Shown: positions 30,384 to 41,430 of the stretch, in pieces
How positions within the stretch are numbered: position 1 is the first letter of the stretch
Layout of the letters: the number at the start of each line of letters is the position of its first letter
Assembly (NCBI GenBank): GCA_977017575.1
Contig: CDRNVI010000040.1
Span: 310,001 to 374,000 of the forward strand
Direction: 5' to 3'
Source: Paramoeba atlantica
Taxonomy: Eukaryota > Protista > Discosea
DNA: 64,000 nucleotides
Position numbers and translations under genes: made by a program
Notes under the pieces: generated by a model
Database searches by the model: none
What the model saw: the letters and a program-made list of their open reading frames with translations, nothing else
What the model was told of the DNA's origin: nothing

Positions 30384-31718
30384 ATGGCTAATAATTTTGC
30401 AGAGCTCACGAGCGAATGGTTTGCAAAATGGCCAACGTATCAAAAACGCGCTCTGCCGGTTCGAATGTCATTTCTCGCACGACATTTAGAATTACACTTT
30501 CGCCACAAAGATCCATCATTTCTCTCGGGCTGGTTTTGCGATGAGAAAAATGACTCCCTAGAAGGTAAATTTGTAGATGAAGGAATTTTTCCAGTCATGC
30601 GTTCAGCGGGCGACAAAACAATAGAAAACGAATATCTCGCGCAGGATACGCCAAATTCTGCGCAGTCATCAATTTTTTCGAATGAGAAAAATGTTAAAAG
30701 GGATAAGAAAACGTATGGTGACAGTATTCTTTCCGTTATACGCTATCTTTTGCTTCGTAAATTTTATCTCTTGCGAAGATATTCAGCTTCTGACTCCGCT
30801 CCACTGATTGAGTATTTAGAGCTGGAAAAATCGGACCCTTCTCGAATTCCGGAAAGGGAAACAGTTGACAATTTTAAGTTTTCATCTCACGAAGACTTTG
30901 GAAGGAGTCGTAAGGCTCCTGGTACTTCTGAAAAGTTGCAGGACACGGAGCGCGTTTTACGGCATTTCTTTCAAGTGGACCCAGTAAAGCATCAACTCGC
31001 CTATTTGTCAATCATACGAAACGATGAAGAACTTGAACGCTATTGGCGCGCCGCGGTGGATTGCTGGGGGACTATGAGCAAAGAGAACATTTCTTTTTTA
31101 TTGTCGCGCACGATGAGCTGCTTTCGTCGCGTTCACGCACAAAAACCGTCCTTGTACTCTTTGTACAAAATATTACGCTTTGTATTAAAGATTGAAACAC
31201 TGAATAACTCTAAAGGTGGAATTATTTTACCTCAGAGAACACAGCATTTCCTCTCCTGGTCAGCAGAGGCGTTACAAACCCAGGAGGCAGGTAACGAGGA
31301 TGAATCGGCTCTCAGATTCAGCGTTATCAAGTATATGACACGAATAACGAAGATATTGGAGTTACGCCTCGAACAACGCGTGGAGGCGTTAGAGCTGTGT
31401 ACTCGAGTGCAAGCTATGAATTCTCAAGAAATCATGAATGAACTCAACTGGATGAATTTGCATCAAAAATCTATGGAAATAGACAATATTCACCCAGCTG
31501 GTGAATTAGCAGCTCCGTCTGACGCTACTGTTCTGGCGGCTGTAAGTCGCTACGGTCCCTATTGGGAGGATATTAAATCTACAATTTTAAAGCGTGTTCA
31601 TCGTTTGCAATCAGTAGAACAGCACACAGATGTGCAGCATTTCATAGAAACTCTATGTTGTCCTACTCAAGATAGTGTAAAGAAAAGAAAAAAGCTCAAA
31701 AAATATTTACCAACATAA
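30384..31718 (+). CDS. Hypothetical protein
   Basis: 444-aa ORF on the cluster strand; no motif recognised. Confidence 0.7.
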   Translation: MANNFAELTSEWFAKWPTYQKRALPVRMSFLARHLELHFRHKDPSFLSGWFCDEKNDSLEGKFVDEGIFPVMRSAGDKTIENEYLAQDTPNSAQSSIFSNEKNVKRDKKTYGDSILSVIRYLLLRKFYLLRRYSASDSAPLIEYLELEKSDPSRIPERETVDNFKFSSHEDFGRSRKAPGTSEKLQDTERVLRHFFQVDPVKHQLAYLSIIRNDEELERYWRAAVDCWGTMSKENISFLLSRTMSCFRRVHAQKPSLYSLYKILRFVLKIETLNNSKGGIILPQRTQHFLSWSAEALQTQEAGNEDESALRFSVIKYMTRITKILELRLEQRVEALELCTRVQAMNSQEIMNELNWMNLHQKSMEIDNIHPAGELAAPSDATVLAAVSRYGPYWEDIKSTILKRVHRLQSVEQHTDVQHFIETLCCPTQDSVKKRKKLKKYLPT

Positions 31719-32018
31719 AAGTACAGGGTTGAATTGTTTTATTTTAATAACGTATTGAGTACGTTATCAAAACTTTTGAGTACTATACAGAATGGGCGTG
31801 AAGAATGCTTTCTTTTTAAAATGCCCACCCAGAGCAAACTCAAAATCTTCGAATCTTGGAAAACATTAAAAAGAAGAATTGTTTTATTATAATAGTATAG
31901 ACCAATAGTACCAGAAACACATTTCTGGTTGCTTTGTTGTACATGACAAATCTCAAAACAGAATGAATGAAAAAACAAGCTGTTTATTTAGAAAATAAAA
32001 TTTACTGTGGAATCTACT

Positions 32019-32525
32019 ATGACACATGTGTATACCATTTTAAAGCGGATATTCGCCGATGAAAATATCCCTACGGATTGCTCGAAAGAAGAGTTTAGAA
32101 CGAGATTTGAGAAAGCCGTTACCAAATTCGAAGAAGATGGATTTCTGGAAAAAACCGCATTAACTCCTATCTTTGCAGATGAACAGCTACAGGAAGTGTT
32201 GCATAGGCACCGGCGGGAGTTAGTAGTTGTAAAATTCTGGAAAAAAAATTGTCTTCCATGTCTTAGTATGGCAGAAATGTACAAAGAAGCCGAGAAAATT
32301 TCTTTCATTGAAAAACTTCCAGTACATTTTTATAGTGTTGACATTAAAGATCCACAGAATCGAAAGTTAAGTGATTACCAACTTGTTGAGGGCACGCCTA
32401 CAGTTCAAATATTCAGCGGATCTAAACAAATTGGTGGGGAAGTAAGGGCCACTAATCTGACTGCTTTTCTTCAAGACATAAAAAATAATCTGCATGCTAT
32501 CATTTCTGCTTGTCCTCGAGAGTAG
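32019..32525 (+). CDS. Thioredoxin-fold protein
   Basis: VVKFWKKNCLPC (CxxC), FYSVDI, GTPTVQIF; first ATG 32019. Confidence 0.85.
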   Translation: MTHVYTILKRIFADENIPTDCSKEEFRTRFEKAVTKFEEDGFLEKTALTPIFADEQLQEVLHRHRRELVVVKFWKKNCLPCLSMAEMYKEAEKISFIEKLPVHFYSVDIKDPQNRKLSDYQLVEGTPTVQIFSGSKQIGGEVRATNLTAFLQDIKNNLHAIISACPRE

Positions 32526-33045
32526 AGTGGGTTCAATTGCAGCGAACTACAAGCTGCCTCTCTGGTCGCTACTCTCATCCGCACTGTCATAGGAAAAGAA
32601 TAGTTCTATTTCTAATAAGAGCAACCATCGGTATCACAGTCAGTGTCAATTGCTTGATAATGATACCGATGACTCTGGGAAGCCGGCTGAAGTAGCACCC
32701 AAATCACGCTGTACCGAATGTCACCGCAGCGCTCCCGGCTCACGTGGCACTAGTGCCCTCGATGCAAAACAAGTTGACCCAACTGAATTTAATACAGGGG
32801 CCCTGTATCCTCGAGGGTATTATTTCATAGCGCTATGATGAATATTTTGCGCGGCAATTCAATCTTCAATTTTATCCTAAATTTTCTCATTTCTTCATAC
32901 AAGTACGCTTCCAGGCGGGATATGTAGGGTTTGGCTTACAAAGCATTTTTATAATTTGCCTTTGCGAAAGTTAGGCTAGAGAATTTTTGTCAATAGATGC
33001 ATTATATCACGAAACTTTTCCGAGAATACATAGCATCAATTCCTT

Positions 33046-34263
33046 ATGTTTCACACAGAGTTCATATACTGGCTGGTGCCACCGCGAAGGCCGGGAGCGA
33101 AGCGGAGCAAACAAGGAGACGTTTGTATCATTGGGCAGCAATTTTATGAAGATAACACTGATACTTCAGTGAGGCCCGCAATTCATGACACATTCTCAGA
33201 AATTCCTTCCTTAATGAGTGACGAACTGAAAAATGGTATGACTGAACTGAATACTCAGGGTGCGACTACCAAAGTTTCTCGTTTTGATTCAACACATCAC
33301 ACTTTTGATGTTTTTCGCAATCCGGCCCTTATTTCTTGCGGATTCGGAGATTATGATGATTCTCATATTGTGTCTTGGTGTCAAGATGCGTGTCGCGCGG
33401 CAGTTCTTCCCAAACTATTGGCCAAATCCCTGGTCAACAGGTCACACCCTTTCGCACATCATGAGTCCGCACAGGGGGTTTCGCACGTAAGGTTTCATCG
33501 TGTCAGGAAAAATATCAATTTGAAAGCACAGATATCACATGTCATGTACAACGCATTATTCGTCAACTATCCGGCAATAACCGTGCCGATTTCAAGTCGT
33601 AGAACTTTGCACCCGGTGCATACCAGTTATAACTATGCTTCCAACCACGCATGCAATCTTTATAAAATTGACAACTTTCTTTCTCAGAAAGAGATTGAAA
33701 TTCTTCTTTCAATGCAAAAAAAAACTTTACCCCAAGGATGTACGAAGAGGTCTGCTGTGGGTGAAAAAGGAATCATCTCCTCCGATCGTACATCTTCTTC
33801 TCTCCATATCCCTAAAGCTTTCAATGGAATTATTCGGAATATTGAGGAACGTGCGTCTGGACTATTTTCTCTACCTACGGAAGCCGTTGAGCCTCTACAA
33901 ATTGTACACTACCGTAAAGGTGAATATTATAAATGTCATCATGATGATTCGACCTTAGACGATGGGCGCCTTTTTTACGATTCCGCTTCGACATCTCCAG
34001 GTCGGACGTTTACCATATTTGTATATTTGAACACTTTACAGAAAGAAGACGGAGGAGAAACATTTTTTCCTCGACTGGGATTGCGGATTAGGCCAACGAC
34101 AGGCACTGCACTGCTTTGGACGAATGTTCGTGTGGACGGACAGCTTGAACCGCTGACTATCCACGAAGGTCTTGCACCAGTCACGAAAAACATAGAAAAA
34201 ATTGGACTAAACATTTGGCTAAATAATAGAAGCGCAACAGATCTATTGGATTACTGTCTGTAA
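33046..34263 (+). CDS. 2OG-Fe(II) prolyl 4-hydroxylase-like protein
   Basis: EPLQIVHY, YKCHHD, GGETFFP, TIHEGLAPV, K.GLNIW. Confidence 0.9.
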   Translation: MFHTEFIYWLVPPRRPGAKRSKQGDVCIIGQQFYEDNTDTSVRPAIHDTFSEIPSLMSDELKNGMTELNTQGATTKVSRFDSTHHTFDVFRNPALISCGFGDYDDSHIVSWCQDACRAAVLPKLLAKSLVNRSHPFAHHESAQGVSHVRFHRVRKNINLKAQISHVMYNALFVNYPAITVPISSRRTLHPVHTSYNYASNHACNLYKIDNFLSQKEIEILLSMQKKTLPQGCTKRSAVGEKGIISSDRTSSSLHIPKAFNGIIRNIEERASGLFSLPTEAVEPLQIVHYRKGEYYKCHHDDSTLDDGRLFYDSASTSPGRTFTIFVYLNTLQKEDGGETFFPRLGLRIRPTTGTALLWTNVRVDGQLEPLTIHEGLAPVTKNIEKIGLNIWLNNRSATDLLDYCL

Positions 34264-34290
34264 TCTAATCTATCTATTAAGAAAGAGGTA

Positions 34291-35175
34291 CTCCCTCTCT
34301 CATTAATTTTTATAAATGGATTTCGAGTTATAAAAATTTAATTTATGCGGGATCATTAATTTTTATAAATCAGAAATTTATCGAACGCTATTTCTTAATT
34401 TTTTTCTAAACCAAAGAATTTTTTCTGTTATTCTACTTAAGATGGATTATTTTGTGAACGTGGATGGACGCGCTTCGAAGAAATTTCTTACAGAAAAGCG
34501 CAAATGGTTGATTTCTATGCTGGAGGCATAGAAGGCATGTAATATCACTTACTTTCTTAAAGAAATATTTCTTTTATGCGTTTTTATATGTACCGTCACC
34601 CCCCCTCCCCTGACTTAGCCTGCCAAAAAGTCGAAAAAATAGGAAAAAGCGGATAAGTCGCCCAGCCGACTGCGGGCCTAATTTGTCCGAAGGAGCGTCT
34701 TCGTTGCTCGGTCGCAATCCTATGTCGTAATGCATATTGCACTGCCGGATCCCAGGAGTTCTTCTAGAACTCGCGTTTTCACCAAGTCTTTTCTTCCACG
34801 TAAATTCAACCAGGACAGGTGGGATCGGTCGGGATCGTAAATCTCTAGTTTAAACCCTCTCAGCTTCAGATATTAGATTGATTCGTGAAAAAATGCTCAT
34901 GTAGGGGAAAAGACAATCTTTTTGGGGGGATTTTCTTTCTGAGATGAAGATACTGATTTTTGTAAAACGCGATTCACTGAAAAAATTCATCATGGGGAAG
35001 CATGGTCGGGACCTACTCGCGGTCTTCCCTGGCACTACCATCTTACAGATCGTACTAACGTCGACCTTTTTTTGGAATAGCGGTCATTTATACAGGATCA
35101 TTAATTTTTATAATTATAATTATAACTCACTTTTTGTTATAATTTATAATTTATAAAAATTAATGAGAGGGGGAG
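34291..35175. mobile_element. Stowaway-like (Tc1/mariner) non-autonomous element, 885 bp
   Basis: 27-bp TIR CTCCCTCTCTCATTAATTTTTATAAAT (34291-34317 and 35149-35175, 1 mismatch); TA on both flanks; internal copies of CATTAATTTTTATAA at 34354 and 35099. Confidence 0.9.
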
Positions 35176-35299
35176 TATATTTTTCTTGCATAAAGATTGC
35201 TCAGTGCAACTAATGCGCCTGTGTCGTACTCGTACTTGTTTTGAACTTACTTCTATGTCGTACCGAAATTATTACTTTTTTTCGTATACTATACCCCCC

Positions 35300-38200
35300 A
35301 TAGCTGTCGTTCGACGTCGAATTCGACGTCGTTCGACGGTCGAAAGGTCGAAACATTTTGAGTGCTTGGATGGTTTCTGAAAGAATTTTTTTTCAACAGA
35401 ATATATGTTTATAAAATGTTTAAAAAATGTATTTGCAACCAGTCTTCTACTTTTTAGTGTTAATTTACTTGTTTTTTCACAATGCACACCTCTGTTCGAG
35501 GAAGGGGGCGCATGATTCCTATCCGCATACCTTCTCCCCCAGCTCTTTCATCAGATGCAATCGTGCCAACTTTAGCTGAAGCAAATTCTTCCGAATCTGT
35601 TTCATCTACTACTCCTTCAGTTACTTCGGTTCGTGCCAAGAGAACCAATTCGGCGAAGAAGAATAGAACTGCCATGCAGCGAGATGCTTCCACGGAAGCA
35701 GCAGATGGTCCCACCCACAGCAGATTTGAAATTTCCGATAACGTTCTTTCAGGGAGTTATGTTCCTGTCTCAGTACGACGAGAGTGTACCGCGAGGCTTG
35801 AAGAGGAAATGCCGTCCTCTCCATCACAACAGGCAAGCTCTGTAAGGCAAGTAGTTCGAAAACAGCTTGTACAGGACCCAATGCGGTTTCCCCGTATTTC
35901 GACAAAATTCTTTCGTGAACGCTGCTTGGGAATGGATACCCCGACTGGTAGAACGAAAAATTTGGAGAAGAAAAACAAAGAGTGTCGCGAATACGCCGAG
36001 AAATATCCTCGGCCCCATCACGTGAATACCATGGGCCAGCGGACTCACATAAAATGTCGCGACTGTCCGTGGTGGAGTCATTCGCTCCATAACAACCATT
36101 ACTATCACCATATCAATCACACTTGTTTAGTGCGCGAGGGACAGAGAATCGCAAACGAACCGGAACTTTTTTCACTGACCCCGAACGACAATTCAATGAG
36201 TGTAAATGTTTTTGTCCGTCGCTGCGTTCCCTGTCTTGTGGCAAAGACGAACTTGTCATGCAAAGCTGCTCACGCTTTACTTCGTAACTATGAAGAATTA
36301 CGCCCCAAGGGAGCAAATACTGAAGAAATTCTCAATGCACTTGGCCACAATCACAGGATCATGCGTGATTGGGAGAAGGACTTGGCCACCGAAATATGGG
36401 AAAAAATGATTTCAAAAATCGATATTCATCCTTTCTTCGGGGTAGCTGTGGATGCTGGGGTTGATTCCGTGCTCAACGAGCACGTATTAGTAGGGGTAGT
36501 GTATGTTTCAGATGAGCAATATCTATTACCATCCATGTATCATCCGAAGCGGAAGGCATTCAACGGCAAAGAAACAGCTGAGAGTTTGGTTAATACATTG
36601 AATTCTATTCTCGGCATTACGCTGGTACGAAAAATGAGGTTTTTAATGGTGGATGGCTGTGCCGTTAACCACGTGGCCCGTGATGAGGCAGAAGGAGAAT
36701 TAAAAAGAATATATGATCGCGTTCAAAGAATTGGGGAGTCAGACTGGATAAACTTCGGAAACCGGGCCGTGGATATGATGCCACACGTCTCCTTACTATC
36801 TTGCTTTGGTCATTTTCTCAATAACCTCGCGATGGATGCGATGAAACCCTTTCAGGAAACCCCCCTTTTTGAACTTAAAAAGCTCTTCAGACAAACATTT
36901 TATGGACATGACAAGATCTGTACGAAGAAGGGGCGGTATCGCGGTGTGGCCCTAGACGTTCTTGGATCGACGAAGAAACTAACAAAGCGGAACAATTTTT
37001 CACTCAATGGTATGGGGGGCTGTCTAGCAATAAAATGGACGATGAATATCAGACAGAGCTGGTGTGTCAGCTTCGTAGCAGCATACAAATTTTGAAACAG
37101 TATGCTCCCGATGAAGCTGATCTAATTTTGGCGGAACTGAACGCTCAGCATGAAAATATTCCTCGGTGTCGTGACGAACTTTCATTGTATGGACCTCAAG
37201 TAATTGAAGCTGTTCGTAGAGCAAAGGATGTACACGGCATTACGGCTCCTAAGTTAGGGGGAGTTACTCGCTGGTGCCATGATAAGTTCGGCAGCATTTC
37301 CTTCTTTTCTACTCAGTTACCTACTGTTGTGGCGTTCCTGAAGCAAGAACTGGAAAACCCCCGAGTTTGTCAGTCTGTACGTAAGTGTGCGGATCTTATT
37401 GCTCGGGAAGGGGTAGATAACTTGGCGACTTCAGCAAAATATTTTCTTGAAGAACTAGCTCCTATCCAGAAAGCGTTACAAAAATTTTCGGATTTAGACG
37501 GTACCCCTTTAGTAACGGGAGTTTGGCCAACTTTAGAAAGATTACGGAAGGCTAGTCGGGTGGGAAGCTGCAGTGAAGCTTTTGAATGTGCCCTCAAGCA
37601 TCACATAAATCGACTTTCAGTTCATCACAATATGAAATATTGGGAAGACGTCATGTGGTTTGCACCGGATTTCATTGCACTACGCGCCCGGAAAGCCGGT
37701 CTCGAACCAATTCATTTCAGTCGTGCTAACGACCTTTTTCGAGGTGGTTCTCCCATTTTTCAAATTACGGAAAATAAATGGAATGAATATGTGAATTGCG
37801 TCGACTACGAATGGGATTCGCGAGTGCACAAGTGCGAATTGCATTGGTGGCAAACAGTTGGAGTCTACAAATACCCAGGTATGCATCAAGCGGCGATACA
37901 TTATTTATGGGTACCCCCTTTAGTGACGAAATGTGATTCTTGGATGTCGGTTATGAACACCAAATACAACTCCCGTCAATCATCCATGGGCACTCAAACA
38001 GTACAAAACTCTATGCTGTTACGGGGGAACTGCGACAAACTTGGGTACCTTGACAATTTGGAACAGTTAGGATCAGCGGGAAATGGGGATTCGGGGTAAC
38101 TTCTTTCAAGCTTCCGAATTACTTAATAGGCTCCTGATGCGAGTCTGCTTTTTTTCTGATACGTCATAAATTCATAACCCATTATAATATTGTTATATTG

Positions 38201-38758
38201 TATTACTGTATAATTATTTATAATGTATGGATGTTTAATTATTTTTCCATGTTTTGTCTCATACTTCAGGACCATTAAGGCTAAACTTTTTCCCCACACT
38301 TAAATTTTTCTTGTATTATTGCAACGCGAGATATTTTGTGCTTACCTATACAGCAACAGTAAACGCCATAAGCTTATACTATGATAATGACTAGTACAGT
38401 CATAATTTTCCGTATCTTTATTTTATTAAACTTCATTAATTACGTTTCTGAACATGTTTCAAATAAAAGGTGACGCATTTAACACGGTTAGAACTCCCTA
38501 GCGGTCTGACGAACAACCTGACGACAACCATACGTTGCTACTTTCTTATTCTCTAGTAGTCATCTATTCGTCCGAATACCATAGCAAATTGCTGTAGTGA
38601 AAAGAATCCGTCGATCGAAACAATTTTTCAAGTGCTGTACATGAACACAAGTATCCCACATTTTTTTCCTTCGTTCGACGTCGAAAGACCCATTTTTTCG
38701 ACGTCGAAAGGCATTCGTAGACGTCGAATTGCAATTTTCGACGTCGAATGACAGCTAT
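35300..38758 (+). mobile_element. hAT-superfamily DNA transposon, ~3.46 kb
   Basis: TIR (C)ATAGCTGTCRTTCGACGTCGAA at both ends; flanks TACCCCCC/GACCCCCC (8 bp with 1 mismatch, or a perfect 6-bp ACCCCC); clustered subterminal TCGACGTCGA palindromes. Confidence 0.9.
35482..38099 (+). pseudogene. hAT transposase split by a single -1 frameshift near 36965
   Basis: ORF1: Zn-finger-like CRDC...H..H, VAVDAGVD, LMVDGCAVN, CFGH (CxxH); ORF2: GGVTRW and C-terminal PPLVTKCDSWMS; the second frame is open from 36912. Confidence 0.85.
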
Positions 38759-39368
38759 GACCCCCCCGCTTACGAGTTCCTCCAATTCTGGACAAGAACG
38801 CTTTCGTGCTCGTTTGTTGGAGCTAAAGTCTGTAAGAGGTGAAACGGAACTGGAGAAAGTAGAAAGGGACGAAGATGGCAATAAAGAAATAGAAGATGAC
38901 TCTGAAAAAGAGAGTAAAGATCGTAATGTGATTCAAGGTTCGTTGATATGAGTTGAATGCTAAAATAGACAAAAAAGAGGAAAAACGAGTAAACGTTTCG
39001 TATGGGTGCATTCTGTAGTCTGTAGTCACTACTTCTGATCGTATTGTACTGAAGTTTCTTGCAAGACGGATTGGTTAAAGTAAGTCATTCCCTTCTTAAT
39101 TTAGATTTTTCTGCACTTTCAATCTTTTTACCCTAATTTTAAGCCCAAATTCCACAAATTGCACTTTTTTACATTTTATTCGAACTTTTACTGCAACATG
39201 TGAAAAGACACTGGATTGCGCGAATAGTATACTGCATTCTCGCTAGTTCAAACTTCACTAATTCACATTAACTCAACACGCACATTAACTCAATCTTAGA
39301 AGATATACAAGCTGAGGAGAAATTTCATACAGTGTTGCAGGAACGATTGTCCTCTAACCCCAAGCCAT

Positions 39369-40148
39369 GTGTTTGTTATAAATTTGCGCAAGCGACAAGA
39401 TCGTTGGCAACACATCACAAGTGAGTTAGAGCGCGCTAAGATTTCATCATTTACTCGAATAGAAGCTATTGACGGCGCTGCTCAAGACATTTCACAATGT
39501 GTCCGTCGAGGTATTCTATCTCCATTTGGAGCCTCTCGTATTGCATTGAGAGATGAAGAAAAAATTTGGGGAATGGATCTCACAGAGGGTGGGTTGGGTT
39601 GTGCCCTAAGTCATATTCGAATCTGGGAATTGGTTTCGGCATTGCAGCTTTCGTGCGCAATGATAGCAGAAGACGATACAGAGTTCTCTCCTCATTTTCA
39701 AAGTCGCTTTTGCAGAATCGTGAAAGAAATACCGCTCAACTGGGAACTCATGTACCTTAGCGGTTTAGACGTTGAAAACAAATGTACCGATCTAATGGTT
39801 TCGGATCATATTGCTCGAGTTCCTCAACTATACCGTACTACTAATCTTTATCTTATTAATGCCAAGGGGGCAAAGGAACTACTTGACGTATGTTGTCCTT
39901 TGCATTTCCAACTTGATACTCAAATGACAATGCACACAGAAGACACGTATTCTTCTCTTCCCAAGAATTCCCCTGCCACATTCTTAAAGTCGTCGAAGCC
40001 CATTCCAGTCGTCAGCAAACCCAAAATGTACGCTGCGGTGCCTTGTATAGCGATACAACGAACTTTTTTTGGCACCGATGTACAATCCCATATGCCTCCG
40101 GATCCCCCGGGCCAAGAATCTGCACGACGAAAGCAAGCCGGTTGGTGA
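39369..40148 (+). CDS. Glycosyltransferase family 25; start codon unresolved
   Basis: VINLRKRQDRW, RIEAIDG, GCALSH, IAEDD; no in-frame ATG upstream of the first motif. Confidence 0.8.
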   Translation: MFVINLRKRQDRWQHITSELERAKISSFTRIEAIDGAAQDISQCVRRGILSPFGASRIALRDEEKIWGMDLTEGGLGCALSHIRIWELVSALQLSCAMIAEDDTEFSPHFQSRFCRIVKEIPLNWELMYLSGLDVENKCTDLMVSDHIARVPQLYRTTNLYLINAKGAKELLDVCCPLHFQLDTQMTMHTEDTYSSLPKNSPATFLKSSKPIPVVSKPKMYAAVPCIAIQRTFFGTDVQSHMPPDPPGQESARRKQAGW

Positions 40149-40346
40149 AGCTTTTGAAGGATAGCATTTGGAGGAGCGTTGCTATCCGGTAAACCAGCGA
40201 AACGGCATACTTGTACGATAAAGGTACTTTCAGTAAGTGTAAGTAGAGTAGAAATTTCAATTTATAAAAAATCATTTACGAACATCATTTCTGTTTACTT
40301 TTTATTATTTTTGGGGTTCTATTGTACTCTGGTTTCGTAAACGGTA

Positions 40347-41264
40347 ATGGCTGAATCGCGGCAAGCATGCTTAAATGCTGGAATGACACCTCTGTCAGAG
40401 GAACACGCAGAGGGTCCGCTTTTTGATCCTGAGTTCTATCAAGTCAATTTGAGACGGATCCCAGCAGATAGTGCACCATGGCGTAAATGCAGCCCTTCGG
40501 AACGGGACGAATATTTTAATTACGGATTTAATGAAGAGACCTTTTTAGCGTATTCTTGTTGGTACCGCACCAGGTATGCGCTACAGCCCTCAGTGATTGG
40601 AAAAAAAGAAGTCATCATGGACAACCAGGTTGAAAAAGCAAAGCTTGTCAAAGAAGTAGCGTCATTAGAGGCCGTTACGGAAAGTAGTGATGGTAGAGAG
40701 GATCGCGTAAATCAGTTTCAACTATGGAGTGATGAGCCAAACTACTATACATCTTGCCACCAGATACCCGTTTGTGCAGCTTCAGGTGAGAACGAGAAAT
40801 CGGCTGCTGAGTTTCTTTTAATAGAACCTTATGCGGCCTTTCTGTGTCCTTACGGAGCAGATTGTAAAATGAGAGACTATTGTTTATTTTCACATGAAGA
40901 GTTATCCGAACAGGAAGCTAAAGCATTTCTAGCTGCGCGAGAGCCCCCGCCTGTGACATCGAAAGGATTAGCATATGAATTGAGGAGGAGAAACCGAACT
41001 TTTGCAGATTCAACAATAGGTCCTACTGTCGAGATAAACAGTGCAAGCGTAACTGTTTGTGCTGATGATCCGAAATTAAACGCTTCAGGTGTTTTGCCCT
41101 CTGAAATAAACACATACACTCCTACGTCCTCTGCCGAAAGGATTTCTGAAACATTTGATTCAAAAACAGTCAAAGATCCTTCGAAAGAATCTTCGATTCA
41201 AGTAAGACGATATGTGGCTTTGAGCGGAAGTAAGAAAGGTGGATTTCGTAAATTGAAAAAGTAG
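40347..41264 (+). CDS. FIP1: Polyadenylation factor Fip1 with CCCH zinc finger
   Basis: PWRK....DEYFNYGFNEETF Fip1 motif; CPYGADCKMRDYCLFSH. Confidence 0.88.
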   Translation: MAESRQACLNAGMTPLSEEHAEGPLFDPEFYQVNLRRIPADSAPWRKCSPSERDEYFNYGFNEETFLAYSCWYRTRYALQPSVIGKKEVIMDNQVEKAKLVKEVASLEAVTESSDGREDRVNQFQLWSDEPNYYTSCHQIPVCAASGENEKSAAEFLLIEPYAAFLCPYGADCKMRDYCLFSHEELSEQEAKAFLAAREPPPVTSKGLAYELRRRNRTFADSTIGPTVEINSASVTVCADDPKLNASGVLPSEINTYTPTSSAERISETFDSKTVKDPSKESSIQVRRYVALSGSKKGGFRKLKK

Positions 41265-41430
41265 ATCTTGACAAAAGACATAAATGTTTTCGCTTTGACC
41301 TTTATTTTAATTACTAGTAACTTAGTTCACATGCACCAAGAATGTGCTATTTCAATTTCCTAAATTACTCCAAGCATTCTTTGAAGAAAAAGTGAACGTT
41401 AATACCTTTTTTTCTTTATATTTATTCCAC

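Noticed and set aside
32650-32838. 62-aa ORF between thioredoxin and prolyl hydroxylase genes
   Set aside because: TTG start, short, no motif
34850-35156. Short ORFs inside the Stowaway-like MITE
   Set aside because: No mariner motifs
38748-38951. Acidic 67-aa ORF as a gene disrupted by the hAT
   Set aside because: Rejoining the flanks gives a frame with an upstream stop at 35242-35244 and no ATG
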